64,000 nucleotides of DNA from Hypanus sabinus (lineage: Eukaryota): positions 124,310,001 through 124,374,000 of the forward strand of contig NC_082714.1 in NCBI RefSeq assembly GCF_030144855.1, in the 5' to 3' direction. Shown one piece after another: positions 62,649-64,000 of this stretch. The stretch's first letter is position 1, and each line of letters opens with the position of its first letter. A model generated the notes under the pieces. It was not told where the DNA came from. It ran no database searches and saw nothing but the letters and a program-made list of their open reading frames with translations. A program made the position numbers and the translations under genes.

Positions 62649-63930
62649 GTAAGAAGTGACTTGGAGCTGCTTCAATTTGCCTTCTGGACTAACAGGTCCA
62701 CAGCAGATGCCATTTCCTTGGCTCTTCACTCAATCCTGGAACATCTGGACGCAAATGTGTATACATCAGGATGCTCTTCATTGACTACAGCTTGGCATTC
62801 AATACTATCATCTCTTCAAAACTACTCAATAAGCTTCAATACCTCCTTGTGCAATTGGGTCCTCAGTTTCCTTTACTGTAGACCGCAATCAGTTCAGGTT
62901 GGTAATAACATCTCCTCCGCAATCTCCGTCAGCACAGATGAACCAAAGGGCTGTCTGCTTAGCGCCCTGCTTTACGCAGTGTGACTACTCACAGATCCAA
63001 TGCCATATTCAAGTTTGCTGACGACGCCACTGTCATCGGCCAAATCAAAGGTGGTGATGAATCAGCATATGGGAGGGAGGTTGAAAATTTGGCTGACTGG
63101 TGCCACAAGAATAACTTCTCACTGAATGTCAGCAAGACCAAGGAGCTGATTATTGACTTCAGAAGGAGGAAACCAGGTATCCATGAGCTAATCATTATCA
63201 ATAGGTCAAAGGTGGAGAGAGTCAGCAACTTTAAATTCCTCTGTGTTATCATTTCAGAGGACTTGTCCTGGGCCCAGTACATAACTACAATTATGAAGTA
63301 CAGCAATGCCTCTATTTCCTTAGAAGTTTGCAAAGATTTAGCATGACATCCAATACTTTGACACTCTTCTATAGATGTGTGGTGGAGAATATATTGACTG
63401 GTTGCATCTCAGCCTGGTGTGGAAACACCAATAGAAAATCCCACAAAAAGTAGTGGATATGGCCCAGTCCATCATTAGTGAAGCCTTCCCCTCCAGTGAG
63501 CATATCTACGTGGAATGCTGTCACAGAAAAACAGCATCTATCATCTGGAACCCCCACCACCTAGGTCATGCTCTCTTCTCATTGCTGCCATCTAAAAGAA
63601 GGTACAGGAGGCTCAGGACTCACATTAGCAGTTTTAGAAACAGTTATTACCTCTCAGCCATCAGACAATTGAAACAGTAGGGATAATTTCATTCATCTTT
63701 GCTTGCCAATCACTGAACTGTCGCAACAACCTATGTACTCACCTTTAATGACTCTTCATGCTCTGAATATCTATTGCTTATTTATTTATTAATGTTTTTT
63801 TTTCTCTTTTGTACTTACACATTTTGTTGTTTTTTGCACATTGTATCTCCGCCTTGATTGGTGCAGTCCTTCATTGATTCTATTATGGTTCTTGGATTTA
63901 CTGAGAATGCCCGCAAGAAAACAAATCTCT
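62649..63930 (+). mobile_element. Rex1/Babar LINE 3' half (second copy; RT restarts)
   Basis: LQFAFWTNRSTADAISLALHS; FKFADDATVIG..NNFSLNVSKTKELIIDFRR; HALFSLLPSKRRYR; followed by the 3' UTR. Confidence 0.92.
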
Positions 63931-64000
63931 GGTAGTCCCTCTCCCTCCTCTTCTCTGTTATTACATTCCCCATTTTGTGCCCCTTTTTACCCCTTTTCCT

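Overview
This is AT-rich eukaryotic (vertebrate) non-genic DNA. The repeat content (CR1 and Rex1/Babar LINEs, two Penelope-like families, an HE1/V-SINE-like SINE, RTE derivatives, Mag-clade Gypsy, Tc1) points to a cartilaginous fish, probably a ray or skate; this is an inference. No recognisable host protein-coding gene, rRNA, true tRNA or CRISPR array is present, and nearly all long ORFs are decayed transposon frames or their antisense. Main structures: (1) an LTR-to-LTR Gypsy provirus at 36185-45837 with a 5-bp CTCTT target-site duplication, carrying three levels of nested insertions, including a young, nearly intact CR1 ORF2; (2) a second copy of that Gypsy family at 1-4403; (3) a full-length dead IR/DR DD34E Tc1 at 4495-6101; (4) Penelope-like elements whose termini carry degenerate minimal type-I hammerhead ribozyme motifs of two designs; (5) a probable Harbinger Myb/SANT-gene relic whose intron holds a scrambled patchwork of short inverted copies (34586-34910). 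I see no convincing novel protein system. The most interesting signals are the RNA-structure motifs and a possible DNA-repair scar. Boundaries were read by eye and are approximate unless a TSD or terminal motif is quoted.
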